Notes: a model not told the origin generated them from the sequence alone. A stretch of DNA of 64,000 bases from Cyclobacteriaceae bacterium (GCA_039986395.1 JBDWQX010000205.1:201-64200); one strand, 5' to 3'; shown: positions 1-8,410, counted from the first letter of the stretch. A program made the numbers and translations.

Positions 1-432
1 GATCATAGATTCATTTCTCAAAATATCCTCAACATCATTGCTCCTTACTTTTTTAACAGTTTTTAGCCATTGCAATGATTGGCTGCTCAAATCCATATAG
101 TGAACACCAGAAGAGACTTCCGTTAAATGTCTGCAGATGTCACCTACATAAATAGGATTTATTTTAACTATCAGAAACCTAGCGTCAGCATTGCAATTAA
201 TGACCATGCCTCGCCTTCTTGGTTTAAAAAAGTAGCATTTCTCCGCATTTAACACCAGCGGTTTAGCATTTCCAATCAATTTTAAGCTGATTTGATCCGA
301 TAAAGGGACAATTAACTCTCCTTTATTGTCTGGAACCAGTAGAAGTTCATTTGGTTCCTTTCCCATGTTATACAGAATTGAACTTGTTACAATTCCGTTC
401 TTTTCGATTTTAGAAGTTTTCTTTATAAGCAT
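1..432 (-). CDS. hypothetical protein, 5' part only (gene continues past the left edge); possibly the N-terminal sensing half of an AraC-type regulator
   Basis: My own reverse-strand translation: ATG at 432-430, open for all 144 codons down to position 1 (MLIKKTSKIEKNGIVTSS...FLIVKINPIYVGDICRHLTEV...). It is absent from the ORF track because it has no stop inside the window. The product guess is weak. Confidence 0.45.
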   Translation of the reverse strand, partial: MLIKKTSKIEKNGIVTSSILYNMGKEPNELLLVPDNKGELIVPLSDQISLKLIGNAKPLVLNAEKCYFFKPRRRGMVINCNADARFLIVKINPIYVGDICRHLTEVSSGVHYMDLSSQSLQWLKTVKKVRSNDVEDILRNESMI

Positions 433-568
433 TTTTGATCCTTTGAAGTCAAAATGCTTATTAAAGAGGATTACCTTACTGATTTTCAGGCAGATATGTT
501 AAGAATCGGGATTGTTTCCAACAAGTAATCAGATTTTTAACTTTTATGTTAAAAACCCATTAGGGTAA

Positions 569-1054
569 TTAATGATCTGGGTGTTTTAGCGCCCTAAATT
601 GCTTTGGCGACATTCCAGTATCACTTTTGAATGCATTGTAAAAGGAAACTTTGTTTGCAAAACCGCATTCCTCAGCGATTGCTTCTATTGTGTAGTGATC
701 CAATCTCCCGCTCTCAAGCAATTCCTTTGAGTAGTTAACACGAAAAGAATTTATAAAGGTGTTGAAATTTACACCGCTATGCTGATTGACAGCTCTCGAG
801 ACAATTTTTTCCTTTTGATTCAATCTGGAAGCGATATCCGAAACTTTTAGGCTCTTATTCAAAAATATTTGCTCTTCTTCCAAAAGGAGAATCAGCTTGT
901 TGAAGGTGGTTTGAAGCAAAGTCTGATCGTGATCATTCTTCTGTTTTTCCGATTTCTTGAATTTGCCAAATGGAAACTTGGAACGCACCCAAATTAATAG
1001 AATACCTGATAAAGTGAATGCAACGGCTGGAATTGTCCAATCCAATTTGATCAT
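569..1054 (-). CDS. AraC/XylS-family HTH transcriptional regulator with a single N-terminal TM helix
   Basis: 161-aa ORF with an ATG start. The C-terminal ~100 aa show the AraC double-HTH pattern (SDIASRLNQKEKIVSRAVN...YTIEAIAEECGFANKVSFYNAFKSDTGMSPKQFR). The N-terminus is hydrophobic (IPAVAFTLSGILLIWV). Confidence 0.8.
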   Translation of the reverse strand: MIKLDWTIPAVAFTLSGILLIWVRSKFPFGKFKKSEKQKNDHDQTLLQTTFNKLILLLEEEQIFLNKSLKVSDIASRLNQKEKIVSRAVNQHSGVNFNTFINSFRVNYSKELLESGRLDHYTIEAIAEECGFANKVSFYNAFKSDTGMSPKQFRALKHPDH

Positions 1055-1191
1055 ATTTAAAAAACAGTGTTAAAGCTAATATCCCTCACGGCCCTACGAA
1101 ATCTTCTTTTTTACAGTTAGAAGGTTTCAATCTTTTTTACAATTCTCGAGAACCAACCTACGATAAGATTGCAGTCCTCTTCATACTTAAT

Positions 1192-1231
1192 GAGGGACTT
1201 GACTAAATTTTTAGGCAGTCCCTCTTTTTTT
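1192..1231 (+). terminator. orphan intrinsic-terminator-like hairpin (GAGGGACT-17 nt-AGTCCCTC followed by T7)
   Basis: 8-bp perfect stem at 1192-1199 / 1217-1224, then TTTTTTT at 1225-1231. No plus-strand ORF lies upstream. A near-copy of the 3' arm (GCAGTCCTC, 1171-1179) could compete for pairing. Confidence 0.4.
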
Positions 1232-1393
1232 ATGCCTGCTCCTACTTCATATAAGGATTCCTGTCACAAATTGAAATATTTTAAGATAAAAATTCCTAAG
1301 TCAGACAATTTTCAAGTATACTAGTGTACGTTATAAGATTATTTCAAGTTTTCGATGTACATTTATAATTGTTATCCAGCTAACTAGTCTACA

Positions 1394-1531
1394 ATGAAAA
1401 AGCAAAATAATTGGGAGAATATTAAGAATATTGTCCACTATGCCTTAGATGATTTGGTTCGTGGAATGTGGAAATTTTTACTGCGGAGACAAAATAGATT
1501 TAGGCATCACCACTCTGAAAATAACGATTAA
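1394..1531 (+). CDS. small hypothetical protein (45 aa, basic C-terminus)
   Basis: ATG 1394, TAA 1529-1531 (MKKQNNWENIKNIVHYALDDLVRGMWKFLLRRQNRFRHHHSENND). A clean terminator follows immediately. I recognise no homology. Confidence 0.3.
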   Translation: MKKQNNWENIKNIVHYALDDLVRGMWKFLLRRQNRFRHHHSENND

Positions 1532-1542
1532 GAAAAAAATAC

Positions 1543-1572
1543 AAGTCGGCATCTAGCCGACTTTTTTATTTT
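1543..1572 (+). terminator. rho-independent terminator
   Basis: AAGTCGGC (1543-1550), loop ATCTA, GCCGACTT (1556-1563), then TTTTATTTTT. Confidence 0.65.
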
Positions 1573-1626
1573 TAAATATATTTTGCATTAGCACGCAACC
1601 AATGCGACCTCAACTGCATCAGGTTT

Positions 1627-2229
1627 ATGAAGGTCAAAACCATGTTACGTATTAACAAGTCAATCACAGAAGAGGAACTGATAGCGGACTGCCGAAAGGG
1701 AAAGGCAGCTGCGCAACGTAGCATTTATGATCGACTAGCTCCTAAAATGTTAGGAGTATGCCTCAGATACATTAAGGATAGAGAAGAAGCTGAGCACGTG
1801 ATGATTGGAGGCATTGTAAAAGTTTTTGAAAAATTGGATCAGTTTAAGGGCGAAGGCAGTTTCGAAGGATGGGTACGAAGAATCGTAGTTAATGACTGCT
1901 TGATGTACATCCGTAAAAATCGAAACATGTCCTTGCAGACCGACATCGATTCCATCGTTGAATCACCAAATTTTGGTGCTATCGACGATTTGCTTCAGGT
2001 GGAGGATTTACTAAAGTTGATCGATGAATTACCAGTTGGATATAGGACTGTTTTTAACCTATACGCAATAGAGGGATATAATCATGCAGAGATTTCAAAG
2101 ATGTTGGAGATTAACGAAAATACTTCGAAATCTCAATTAAGCCGAGCCAGGAAATGGCTGCAGAAAAGATTATCAGAAATTGAAAGTGAACTAGAAAAAG
2201 AAATTACCAATGGATCAGCAAAAAATTGA
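1627..2229 (+). CDS. ECF-type RNA polymerase sigma-70 family factor
   Basis: The 200-aa ORF has region-2 (AAAQRSIYDRLAPKMLGVCLRYIKDREEAEHVM) and region-4 (LPVGYRTVFNLYAIEGYNHAEISKMLEINENTSKSQLSRARKWLQ) signatures. The alternative ATG at 1642 may be the true start. Confidence 0.9.
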   Translation: MKVKTMLRINKSITEEELIADCRKGKAAAQRSIYDRLAPKMLGVCLRYIKDREEAEHVMIGGIVKVFEKLDQFKGEGSFEGWVRRIVVNDCLMYIRKNRNMSLQTDIDSIVESPNFGAIDDLLQVEDLLKLIDELPVGYRTVFNLYAIEGYNHAEISKMLEINENTSKSQLSRARKWLQKRLSEIESELEKEITNGSAKN

Positions 2230-2935
2230 TCGATTATTTAGGGAAAAGCTAGATAGCCTCGAAGTAGCCCCTTCAGCCAAGTCTTGGTCTGAAGTGGAGA
2301 AAAAAATCGGAGCTAATCGCAATCCTATTAAATTTTACTGGATAGCAGCGGCTGTTTCCGCCATTATCATTGGTTGGGTTGTTTGGCCGAAAGAAGATGT
2401 AATGGAGTTTACTCCAATTGCTTCTGAAGTGGATCACCCTGTTCTAGAAGCAACGCCAGACTTAACGCTTCCGATTTTGGAAAGGAAAGCACAGGAAAAA
2501 TTGATCGATCCGAAAATTAGAAAACAGGTAAATGCACAATTGGTGGCACAAGAACCTGTGAAAGTGAAGGATGTTCCAAATGAAAAAATTGAAGAGCTCC
2601 CTTTAGTAGAGCTCGAATCAAAAACAGCTAAAGCAGTTGCTGAAGTACAAGAGGTTGAAACGATTCCACTGGAAATTGAAAGTACTGTGGAGACAATTAA
2701 TGAGCAGATTGATAACAAAATAAAGGTTGATTTGTCTAAAGTGAAAATCACGTATATAGCTGCTACTGAACAGGAAATCAAACAAGAAAAGGATAGTGTA
2801 GGTGCATTCAAGAAGTTCATTGCCTTTGCTGGCAAGATTTCTCCGGGAGACGTTCTGGCAGATATTAAAACAGCCAAAGATGATTTCATAAATGGTGGAT
2901 TTAAATCCAAACAGAAAGACAGAGGCAGTCTATAA
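2210..2935 (+). CDS. putative membrane-anchored anti-sigma factor (single TM, acidic coiled C-terminal region)
   Basis: Overlaps the sigma gene by 20 nt. The N-terminus is cytoplasmic (MDQQKIDRLFREKLDSLEV...), followed by a TM helix (FYWIAAAVSAIIIGWVVW). The role is inferred from position only. Confidence 0.6.
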   Translation: MDQQKIDRLFREKLDSLEVAPSAKSWSEVEKKIGANRNPIKFYWIAAAVSAIIIGWVVWPKEDVMEFTPIASEVDHPVLEATPDLTLPILERKAQEKLIDPKIRKQVNAQLVAQEPVKVKDVPNEKIEELPLVELESKTAKAVAEVQEVETIPLEIESTVETINEQIDNKIKVDLSKVKITYIAATEQEIKQEKDSVGAFKKFIAFAGKISPGDVLADIKTAKDDFINGGFKSKQKDRGSL

Positions 2936-2973
2936 AATCGAAGGATCAGATAATAACTCAAACGAACAAGAAG

Positions 2974-4047
2974 ATGAAAGCGATCACATATATAGCAACA
3001 ATAGTTCTCATGATACCTCTAATGGCATTTGCCATAGAGACCCCAAAGGGAGACACAGTGATTATCGAATTGAACGGCAACAGCAAGATTGTGATAATCA
3101 CAAAAGACAAGGCTGACTTAGCTGCAATTCAAAATTATGATATCAACCAAATGATCAAGGACTTAAACGATCAGCTTCAAGATACCGTAGCATATTTGGT
3201 GATTGACGGTGATGAGCAAGGAAAAGAGTACACAAGCAAGAGAGACATCACTCGTAGAAGCAATGATGGAGTTTCCATTGATCTTGGTGGGCTGGATGTG
3301 GAAGTAGATCCAGACAAGCTTGAGGATTTTGATGAAGATGATTGGCGCTCTAGGAAAAAAGTTACCTATGATGTAAAAAGAGTGGACAGAACCACACATC
3401 ATTTCAACATGGACCTCGGCCTAAACAACTGGCTTGAGGATGGAACCTTCCCCGACGTTGACAATGCTGCATATACCGTCAAGCCTTTTGGCTCCTGGTA
3501 TGTAGCATTCAATAGTATCAATAGAACCTGGGTCGGTGGACCGTTGTTCATCGAATGGGGATTGGGAATTAGTTGGTATAATTGGAAGTTCCAAGATTCA
3601 GACTTTAGACTGACCGAGGCTGATGACATGGTTGAGTTCGTTGAAGATCCCAACATCAACGGAATAAAAAGTAAACTAACTGCCTCCTATTTGAATGCTC
3701 AGTTTGTTCCAATGTTTGATTTTTCGCGAGGAAGAAAAAGACTTACAAGCGTCGAGGCTAGTGGAATAAAAATCAGAAGGTACTCCAGAAGAGGAATTCG
3801 GTTCGGTCTCGGTGGGTATGTAGGGTATCGATTAGGGAGTCATACTAAATTCATCTTCAAAGAAGGTGGTAGCCGGGATAAAGACAAAGAACATGATAAT
3901 TTCTTTCTGGAAAACTTCAGATATGGTCTTAGAGGTCAAATTGGTTGGAAGGGAGTTGAGTTTTTTGGAACCTACGATTTGAATGAGGTGTTCTCCGCTG
4001 GCAATGGACCAGAACTAAATGCCATTACTTTCGGAATAACTTTTTAA
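2974..4047 (+). CDS. putative outer-membrane beta-barrel protein
   Basis: Has a signal peptide (MKAITYIATIVLMIPLMAFA). The C-terminal half shows alternating aromatic/glycine beta-strand patterns and ends in ...AITFGITF (terminal Phe). It is the third gene of the sigma/anti-sigma unit. Confidence 0.6.
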   Translation: MKAITYIATIVLMIPLMAFAIETPKGDTVIIELNGNSKIVIITKDKADLAAIQNYDINQMIKDLNDQLQDTVAYLVIDGDEQGKEYTSKRDITRRSNDGVSIDLGGLDVEVDPDKLEDFDEDDWRSRKKVTYDVKRVDRTTHHFNMDLGLNNWLEDGTFPDVDNAAYTVKPFGSWYVAFNSINRTWVGGPLFIEWGLGISWYNWKFQDSDFRLTEADDMVEFVEDPNINGIKSKLTASYLNAQFVPMFDFSRGRKRLTSVEASGIKIRRYSRRGIRFGLGGYVGYRLGSHTKFIFKEGGSRDKDKEHDNFFLENFRYGLRGQIGWKGVEFFGTYDLNEVFSAGNGPELNAITFGITF

Positions 4048-4071
4048 AAAGTAACAGCACTATGTAGAAAG

Positions 4072-4101
4072 TGCCAATCGGTTGATCCGATTGGCATTTT
4101 T
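4072..4101. terminator. bidirectional terminator hairpin between convergent genes
   Basis: TGCCAATCGG (4072-4081), loop TTGAT, CCGATTGGCA (4087-4096), then TTTTT. The 10-bp stem is perfect. Confidence 0.7.
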
Positions 4102-4102
4102 G

Positions 4103-4621
4103 TTATAATTCATCTCCCCGCAGCTTCTCACGCTCTTCTTTACTGAATTTCAAATCGCGAATCACTTTATCCTGAGAAGGTCGTAGCAGAGAAAATTGGA
4201 CTAGAATCAATAAATAACTTACCACAAATACGTAGTTGGTAGTCAGCCACAAACCAACCATGCTAATTAAGGCTCCAGCCTCCAGCTGCAGATATCGCTT
4301 TATTTGAAAATTAAAATACACAATCAATTTCTTCTTTATTCCCCAGGCAGAATCAATGGTCTCTAACCTTTTCTTAACTCCTCTCCATACCGGATAGCAA
4401 ATAGTGCTTACAGTGGCAAGTAAAATGAGGATAAGGATCAATCCACTACCCTCAATCTGAGAAGTAGTCACTTTCCCTGAGTCAATATCTAGGAAAACCA
4501 AAGCAAACGGCACCAGAGACACCGCTATCAAAGCATGATAAACCATGTTGATGCGGTGGTGAAAGTCAGGCCATGATTTCAATTTGCTTTTCATTGGGTG
4601 CAAAGAAATGACAAAAAACAT
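4103..4621 (-). CDS. hypothetical integral membrane protein (about 4 TM)
   Basis: 172-aa ORF with an ATG start and several hydrophobic segments. I recognise no family. Confidence 0.6.
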   Translation of the reverse strand: MFFVISLHPMKSKLKSWPDFHHRINMVYHALIAVSLVPFALVFLDIDSGKVTTSQIEGSGLILILILLATVSTICYPVWRGVKKRLETIDSAWGIKKKLIVYFNFQIKRYLQLEAGALISMVGLWLTTNYVFVVSYLLILVQFSLLRPSQDKVIRDLKFSKEEREKLRGDEL

Positions 4622-4713
4622 AACCCATTCAAAATTTTCATCGTATATTGTTTTGATATCATTTTAATATCACTTCTAATTAGCGTTTTCGTTTAACCTA
4701 AAACACGACAGAT

Positions 4714-5571
4714 ATGAGAACACAAGAATCAACAAAGCAACCTATGTCAGGATATTTGATGTTGGTAATAGATTTTCTCCTGCTCGCGGCTACAGCTGTG
4801 GGGATTGCAGTACTTAAATCTCCGATAGCTTTTATCCCACTCGTTTTATTTCTCTTTACACTCGCTGGGTTCTTTTTCGTGAATCCAAATGGATCCAGAG
4901 TGCTGGTCCTCTTTGGCGAATACATCGGCACTGTAAAGAAGAACGGGTTCTTTTGGGTTAATCCCTTCTATGCCAAGCAAAAGATCTCACTAAGAGCTCG
5001 CAACTTTGATAGTGAGAGAATTAAAGTAAATGATCAATTAGGAAATCCAATCCAAATTTCCGTCATCTTGGTTTGGAGAGTTCGAGACACCTTTGCGGCC
5101 GCATTTGAAGTCAATGATTATGAAAATTTCGTACGCGTTCAGACAGATGCCGCAGTTCGGAAACTAGCTGGATCCTACCCGTATGACAACTTCGATGATG
5201 CTCAAGTTGAAATCACGCTCCGATCTGGAATCAAAGAGGTAAACGAGGACTTGGAGAAGGAACTTGACGATCGGCTAGTTATCGCAGGAATAGAAATTCT
5301 CGAAGCAAGGATTGGTTATCTCGCCTACGCTTCAGAAATTGCCAGTGCCATGCTTCGGAGACAGCAAGCCACAGCAATCGTTTCGGCCAGGCATAAGATC
5401 GTTGAAGGAGCAGTAGGAATGGTAGAAATGGCATTAGAGCAACTCAAGGAAAAAGATGTGGTAGACCTAGACGAAGATAAAAAAGCGGCTATGGTAAGCA
5501 ATCTCATGGTAGTTCTTTGTGCAGATAAAGATGTTGCGCCTGTAGTGAACTCAGGCACCTTAAATCACTAA
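4714..5571 (+). CDS. SPFH/Band-7 (stomatin-prohibitin-like) domain membrane protein
   Basis: 285 aa with N-terminal TM helices. The SPFH core pattern follows (FFWVNPFYAKQKISLRARNFDSERIKVNDQLGNPIQISVILVWRVRD...VRVQTDAAVRKLAG...), then a coiled C-terminal region. Confidence 0.85.
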   Translation: MRTQESTKQPMSGYLMLVIDFLLLAATAVGIAVLKSPIAFIPLVLFLFTLAGFFFVNPNGSRVLVLFGEYIGTVKKNGFFWVNPFYAKQKISLRARNFDSERIKVNDQLGNPIQISVILVWRVRDTFAAAFEVNDYENFVRVQTDAAVRKLAGSYPYDNFDDAQVEITLRSGIKEVNEDLEKELDDRLVIAGIEILEARIGYLAYASEIASAMLRRQQATAIVSARHKIVEGAVGMVEMALEQLKEKDVVDLDEDKKAAMVSNLMVVLCADKDVAPVVNSGTLNH

Positions 5572-5575
5572 AAAA

Positions 5576-6088
5576 GTGAAGGGAAAAATTCATTTTGAGG
5601 AAGTACAAAGTTTTGTTGGTACCTGGATTTGGTATGTACTTCTTGGCACTACTGTCTTCGTTTTAGGGGCTGTACCCGTAGCAGCCCTATTCCAGCCCGT
5701 CGATACTACTGAAGCATTGATCGGCACTGTGATTAGTGTCCTTACCTTTAGTGGAGTGATTTTTCTATTTGCCACATCGAAACTCTATGTCACAATTGAT
5801 GACAGTAGAATTTACTATCGCTTCCCTCCATTTGTCAGTAAGGAAAAATACTTTTCTCAAGAAGATGTGCAAGAAATGCAGCTTAGAAAGTATCACCCCA
5901 TCCGAGAGTACGGAGGTTATGGGTACAGGCTTCGATTTCGCTCAGGCCGTGTAATGAACGTTGCAGGGAATATGGGACTACAATTAGTGCTGAAAAATGG
6001 CAAAAAAGTTCTAATTGGTACTCAAAAGCCAGATTCGATGCGAACCGCCATAAGTAGGCTACAGGAAAACTGGCAAATGAATGGCTAA
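5576..6088 (+). CDS. hypothetical membrane protein (2 TM plus a small soluble C-terminal domain, bacterial PH-like?)
   Basis: GTG start 4 nt after the SPFH stop; 170 aa. Two TM helices are followed by a YVTIDDSRIYYRF... domain. The domain guess is weak. Confidence 0.6.
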   Translation: MKGKIHFEEVQSFVGTWIWYVLLGTTVFVLGAVPVAALFQPVDTTEALIGTVISVLTFSGVIFLFATSKLYVTIDDSRIYYRFPPFVSKEKYFSQEDVQEMQLRKYHPIREYGGYGYRLRFRSGRVMNVAGNMGLQLVLKNGKKVLIGTQKPDSMRTAISRLQENWQMNG

Positions 6089-6239
6089 GAAAAAACCCTT
6101 TGCACTTAGGCTCAATGAGGACACAATGAAAGCGCTTGAAAAGTGGGCTGCGGATGAGTTTAGAAGTACAAACGGTCAGATCGAATGGATCATTCATAGA
6201 GCATTGAAAGAGGAAGGCAGATTGAAGCAAGAGGACTGA
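6081..6239 (+). CDS. Arc/MetJ-type ribbon-helix-helix DNA-binding protein (52 aa)
   Basis: Not in the ORF track because it is shorter than 60 aa. ATG 6081 overlaps the upstream stop (ATGGCTAA) and TGA is at 6237-6239. MAKKKPFALRLNEDTMKALEKWAADEFRSTNGQIEWIIHRALKEEGRLKQED aligns by eye with P22 Arc (FNLRWPREVLDLVRKVAEENGRSVNSEIYQRVMESFKKEGR). Confidence 0.75.
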   Translation: MAKKKPFALRLNEDTMKALEKWAADEFRSTNGQIEWIIHRALKEEGRLKQED

Positions 6240-6290
6240 AGACTGTTTGCAAGGTCTAATCGATCTAAAAAAGAAGAATTTCAATTCCTC

Positions 6291-7319
6291 ATGCGTTTTG
6301 TATCACCTCTGACAATTGTGGTTGTTGTAGGTCCGATAATGAAGGGTCTTATCTCTTCTAGCCGTTATTTGACTACTATGTGGAGGATCATGACAGCTGT
6401 CATATTAGTGCTACCTGCTCAATTGTTTGCCCAATGTTGTTCAGGTGGAGTTCCTATGTCCAACAACATTGGCCTTCCGAGCGCGGACAACGGCACACTT
6501 CAGGTCAATCTCAATTACGATTGGAATGATTTACAGGATTTAAGATCAGAAGGCACGTCACTGTCCGATGACTCCAGACAAAGAGAGACGCACTCCCTCC
6601 TGCTGGAAGTCGGATATTCCATATCCAGTAAATTCTCCCTGGATTTATTTGTTCCAGTCATTAGGCAGGAGCGGACTATTGTTTCACCACTCGGATCTAC
6701 CGATTTTGATAAAACCCAGGGTCTTGGAGACCTAGTAATTCTGCCAAAATATGCATTAACAGAAAAAATAATTCTGGGTTTGGGAGTCAAGATCCCAACA
6801 GGACAATCAAATAAGACTTCAGATGGCTTTGCATTGGGTGCTGACCTTCAGCCGGGCAGTGGAGCTCTAGATGGAATCTTCTATCTCGCCTATTCCGACT
6901 ACATCAACAGCAGGAAAAGTTTCGGGTATTTTGGAAACGTTATTTTCCGAAAAACAGGAAAAAATAACTCCTATCTCGGGAGTTCAACGTATCAATTCGG
7001 AAACGAATTTCAAGTAATTGCTGGAGTCGCAGACAGATTTGTTCTCTCTTCGTTGCAAATTGATCCATCGCTGAAAATTCGTTACAGAAAAGCAGGTAGA
7101 GATTTCTTTGATGAATCAGAGTTCCCTGGTTCGGGTGGAACCTTTCTCTTTGTAAATCCTGGCATTTCGGTGGTCGTAAGCCCCGCATTTTCCTGGCAGA
7201 TAAATACCTCTTTGCCGCTGCACTCATTTGTTAACGAAACACAGCTCTCACCTACCATTCAGGTAAATACGGGTTTTCTGTTTCGGGTAAATCTCAAACA
7301 AAACAAAATAGATTTATGA
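6291..7319 (+). CDS. outer-membrane beta-barrel 'transporter' family protein (MetA-pathway/phenol-degradation-like)
   Basis: 342-aa ORF. A signal peptide ending ...VLPAQLFAQ is followed by CCSGG. It has a beta-strand-rich, aromatic-ended C-terminus (GFLFRV). The true start is probably an internal ATG (6339 or 6378). Confidence 0.65.
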   Translation: MRFVSPLTIVVVVGPIMKGLISSSRYLTTMWRIMTAVILVLPAQLFAQCCSGGVPMSNNIGLPSADNGTLQVNLNYDWNDLQDLRSEGTSLSDDSRQRETHSLLLEVGYSISSKFSLDLFVPVIRQERTIVSPLGSTDFDKTQGLGDLVILPKYALTEKIILGLGVKIPTGQSNKTSDGFALGADLQPGSGALDGIFYLAYSDYINSRKSFGYFGNVIFRKTGKNNSYLGSSTYQFGNEFQVIAGVADRFVLSSLQIDPSLKIRYRKAGRDFFDESEFPGSGGTFLFVNPGISVVVSPAFSWQINTSLPLHSFVNETQLSPTIQVNTGFLFRVNLKQNKIDL

Positions 7320-8392
7320 AGCATTTAACACTATTAACTCTATCGCTAATACTAGTCGCTTGTACTACCGAAGATGTGCCCCCTCCAGCCAGCACGATAA
7401 GTGGTGGGTCCGGATCTGACTGGCTGATCTCAAAATTGCAAGTTTTCGACGGTGGTCCGGGAAAGGACGGAATACCTGCTCTCGAAGACCCCGAGATGGC
7501 GGGGATTGGCTCAGCTGGCCTTGAGTATTTGGATGATGAGGACTTAGTGCTAGTTTATAGATCTGGAGGAGAAGTAAAAGCATACGGGCATCCAGTCCTC
7601 GATTGGCATGAAGTAATAAATGATAAAATAGGGAAAGATTATGTAGCAATAACATACTGCCCACTCACCGGCACGGGTATGGGTTGGGGAAGGGAAATCA
7701 ACAGTGAAATCACCACATTTGGAGTTTCAGGCCTTCTATACGAAACCAATCTAATTCCTTATGACAGACTAACAGATAGTAATTGGAGTCAGATGCTCAA
7801 CAAGTGTGTCAATGGCACTTTGACTGGGAAAAAGCCTGAATTCTTCAATTTAATTCAAATGAACTTCGGTGCTCTACGTTCCATTTATCCGAATGCTCTC
7901 GTCACCACTTCAAACACTGGACATAATCGAAACTATAACCAATATCCGTATGCTCAATACAAGAACAACGATAGTTTTCTATTTCCGATAAGTACGAATG
8001 ACAAGCGTCTTCACCCAAAAGAATTGGTAAGAGGAGTAGAAGTAAACGGTAGCTACATTGCATTTACATTTTCACAGTCAAAAAATCGCTCAGTTGTTGT
8101 CCGTGAATTTGCTGGTGAAGAGATTGTGGTTTTTGCAGACAAAACAAGAGGAATTATGGTATCCTTCTTCAGTACGGAACTTAACGGCGAAAAGCTTGAA
8201 TTCAGTTTAATGAATACAGAAGGCACAGAACTTGTATTAAAAGATCAGCTTGGAAACAGATGGGATCTCTTCGGCAAAGCCAAGCAAGGACCCAACATTG
8301 GACATCAACTTGAGGTACCTTATAGCTACATTGGATACTGGTTTTCCTGGGCAACCTTCTACCCTGGAATTGAGCTCCATGAAGTTGAATAG
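7316..8392 (+). CDS. DUF3179-family lipoprotein
   Basis: ATGA start/stop overlap with the upstream OMP. It has a lipobox (LILVAC) and the KDGIPALEDPEM and GHPVLDWHEVIND motifs typical of DUF3179, as far as I recall them. Confidence 0.7.
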   Translation: MKHLTLLTLSLILVACTTEDVPPPASTISGGSGSDWLISKLQVFDGGPGKDGIPALEDPEMAGIGSAGLEYLDDEDLVLVYRSGGEVKAYGHPVLDWHEVINDKIGKDYVAITYCPLTGTGMGWGREINSEITTFGVSGLLYETNLIPYDRLTDSNWSQMLNKCVNGTLTGKKPEFFNLIQMNFGALRSIYPNALVTTSNTGHNRNYNQYPYAQYKNNDSFLFPISTNDKRLHPKELVRGVEVNGSYIAFTFSQSKNRSVVVREFAGEEIVVFADKTRGIMVSFFSTELNGEKLEFSLMNTEGTELVLKDQLGNRWDLFGKAKQGPNIGHQLEVPYSYIGYWFSWATFYPGIELHEVE

Positions 8393-8410
8393 ATTAGGAA
8401 TGCTGCGATA

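Noticed and set aside
2434-2961. 175-aa reverse-strand ORF opposite the anti-sigma-like gene. Similar long antisense ORFs occur at 9072-9602, 12201-12575, 24474-24944, 25146-25493, 46623-47078 and 49598-50074.
   Set aside because: All lie fully inside well-supported genes on the other strand and have low-complexity Ser/Thr/Ala-rich or otherwise non-protein-like translations. They are typical shadow ORFs.
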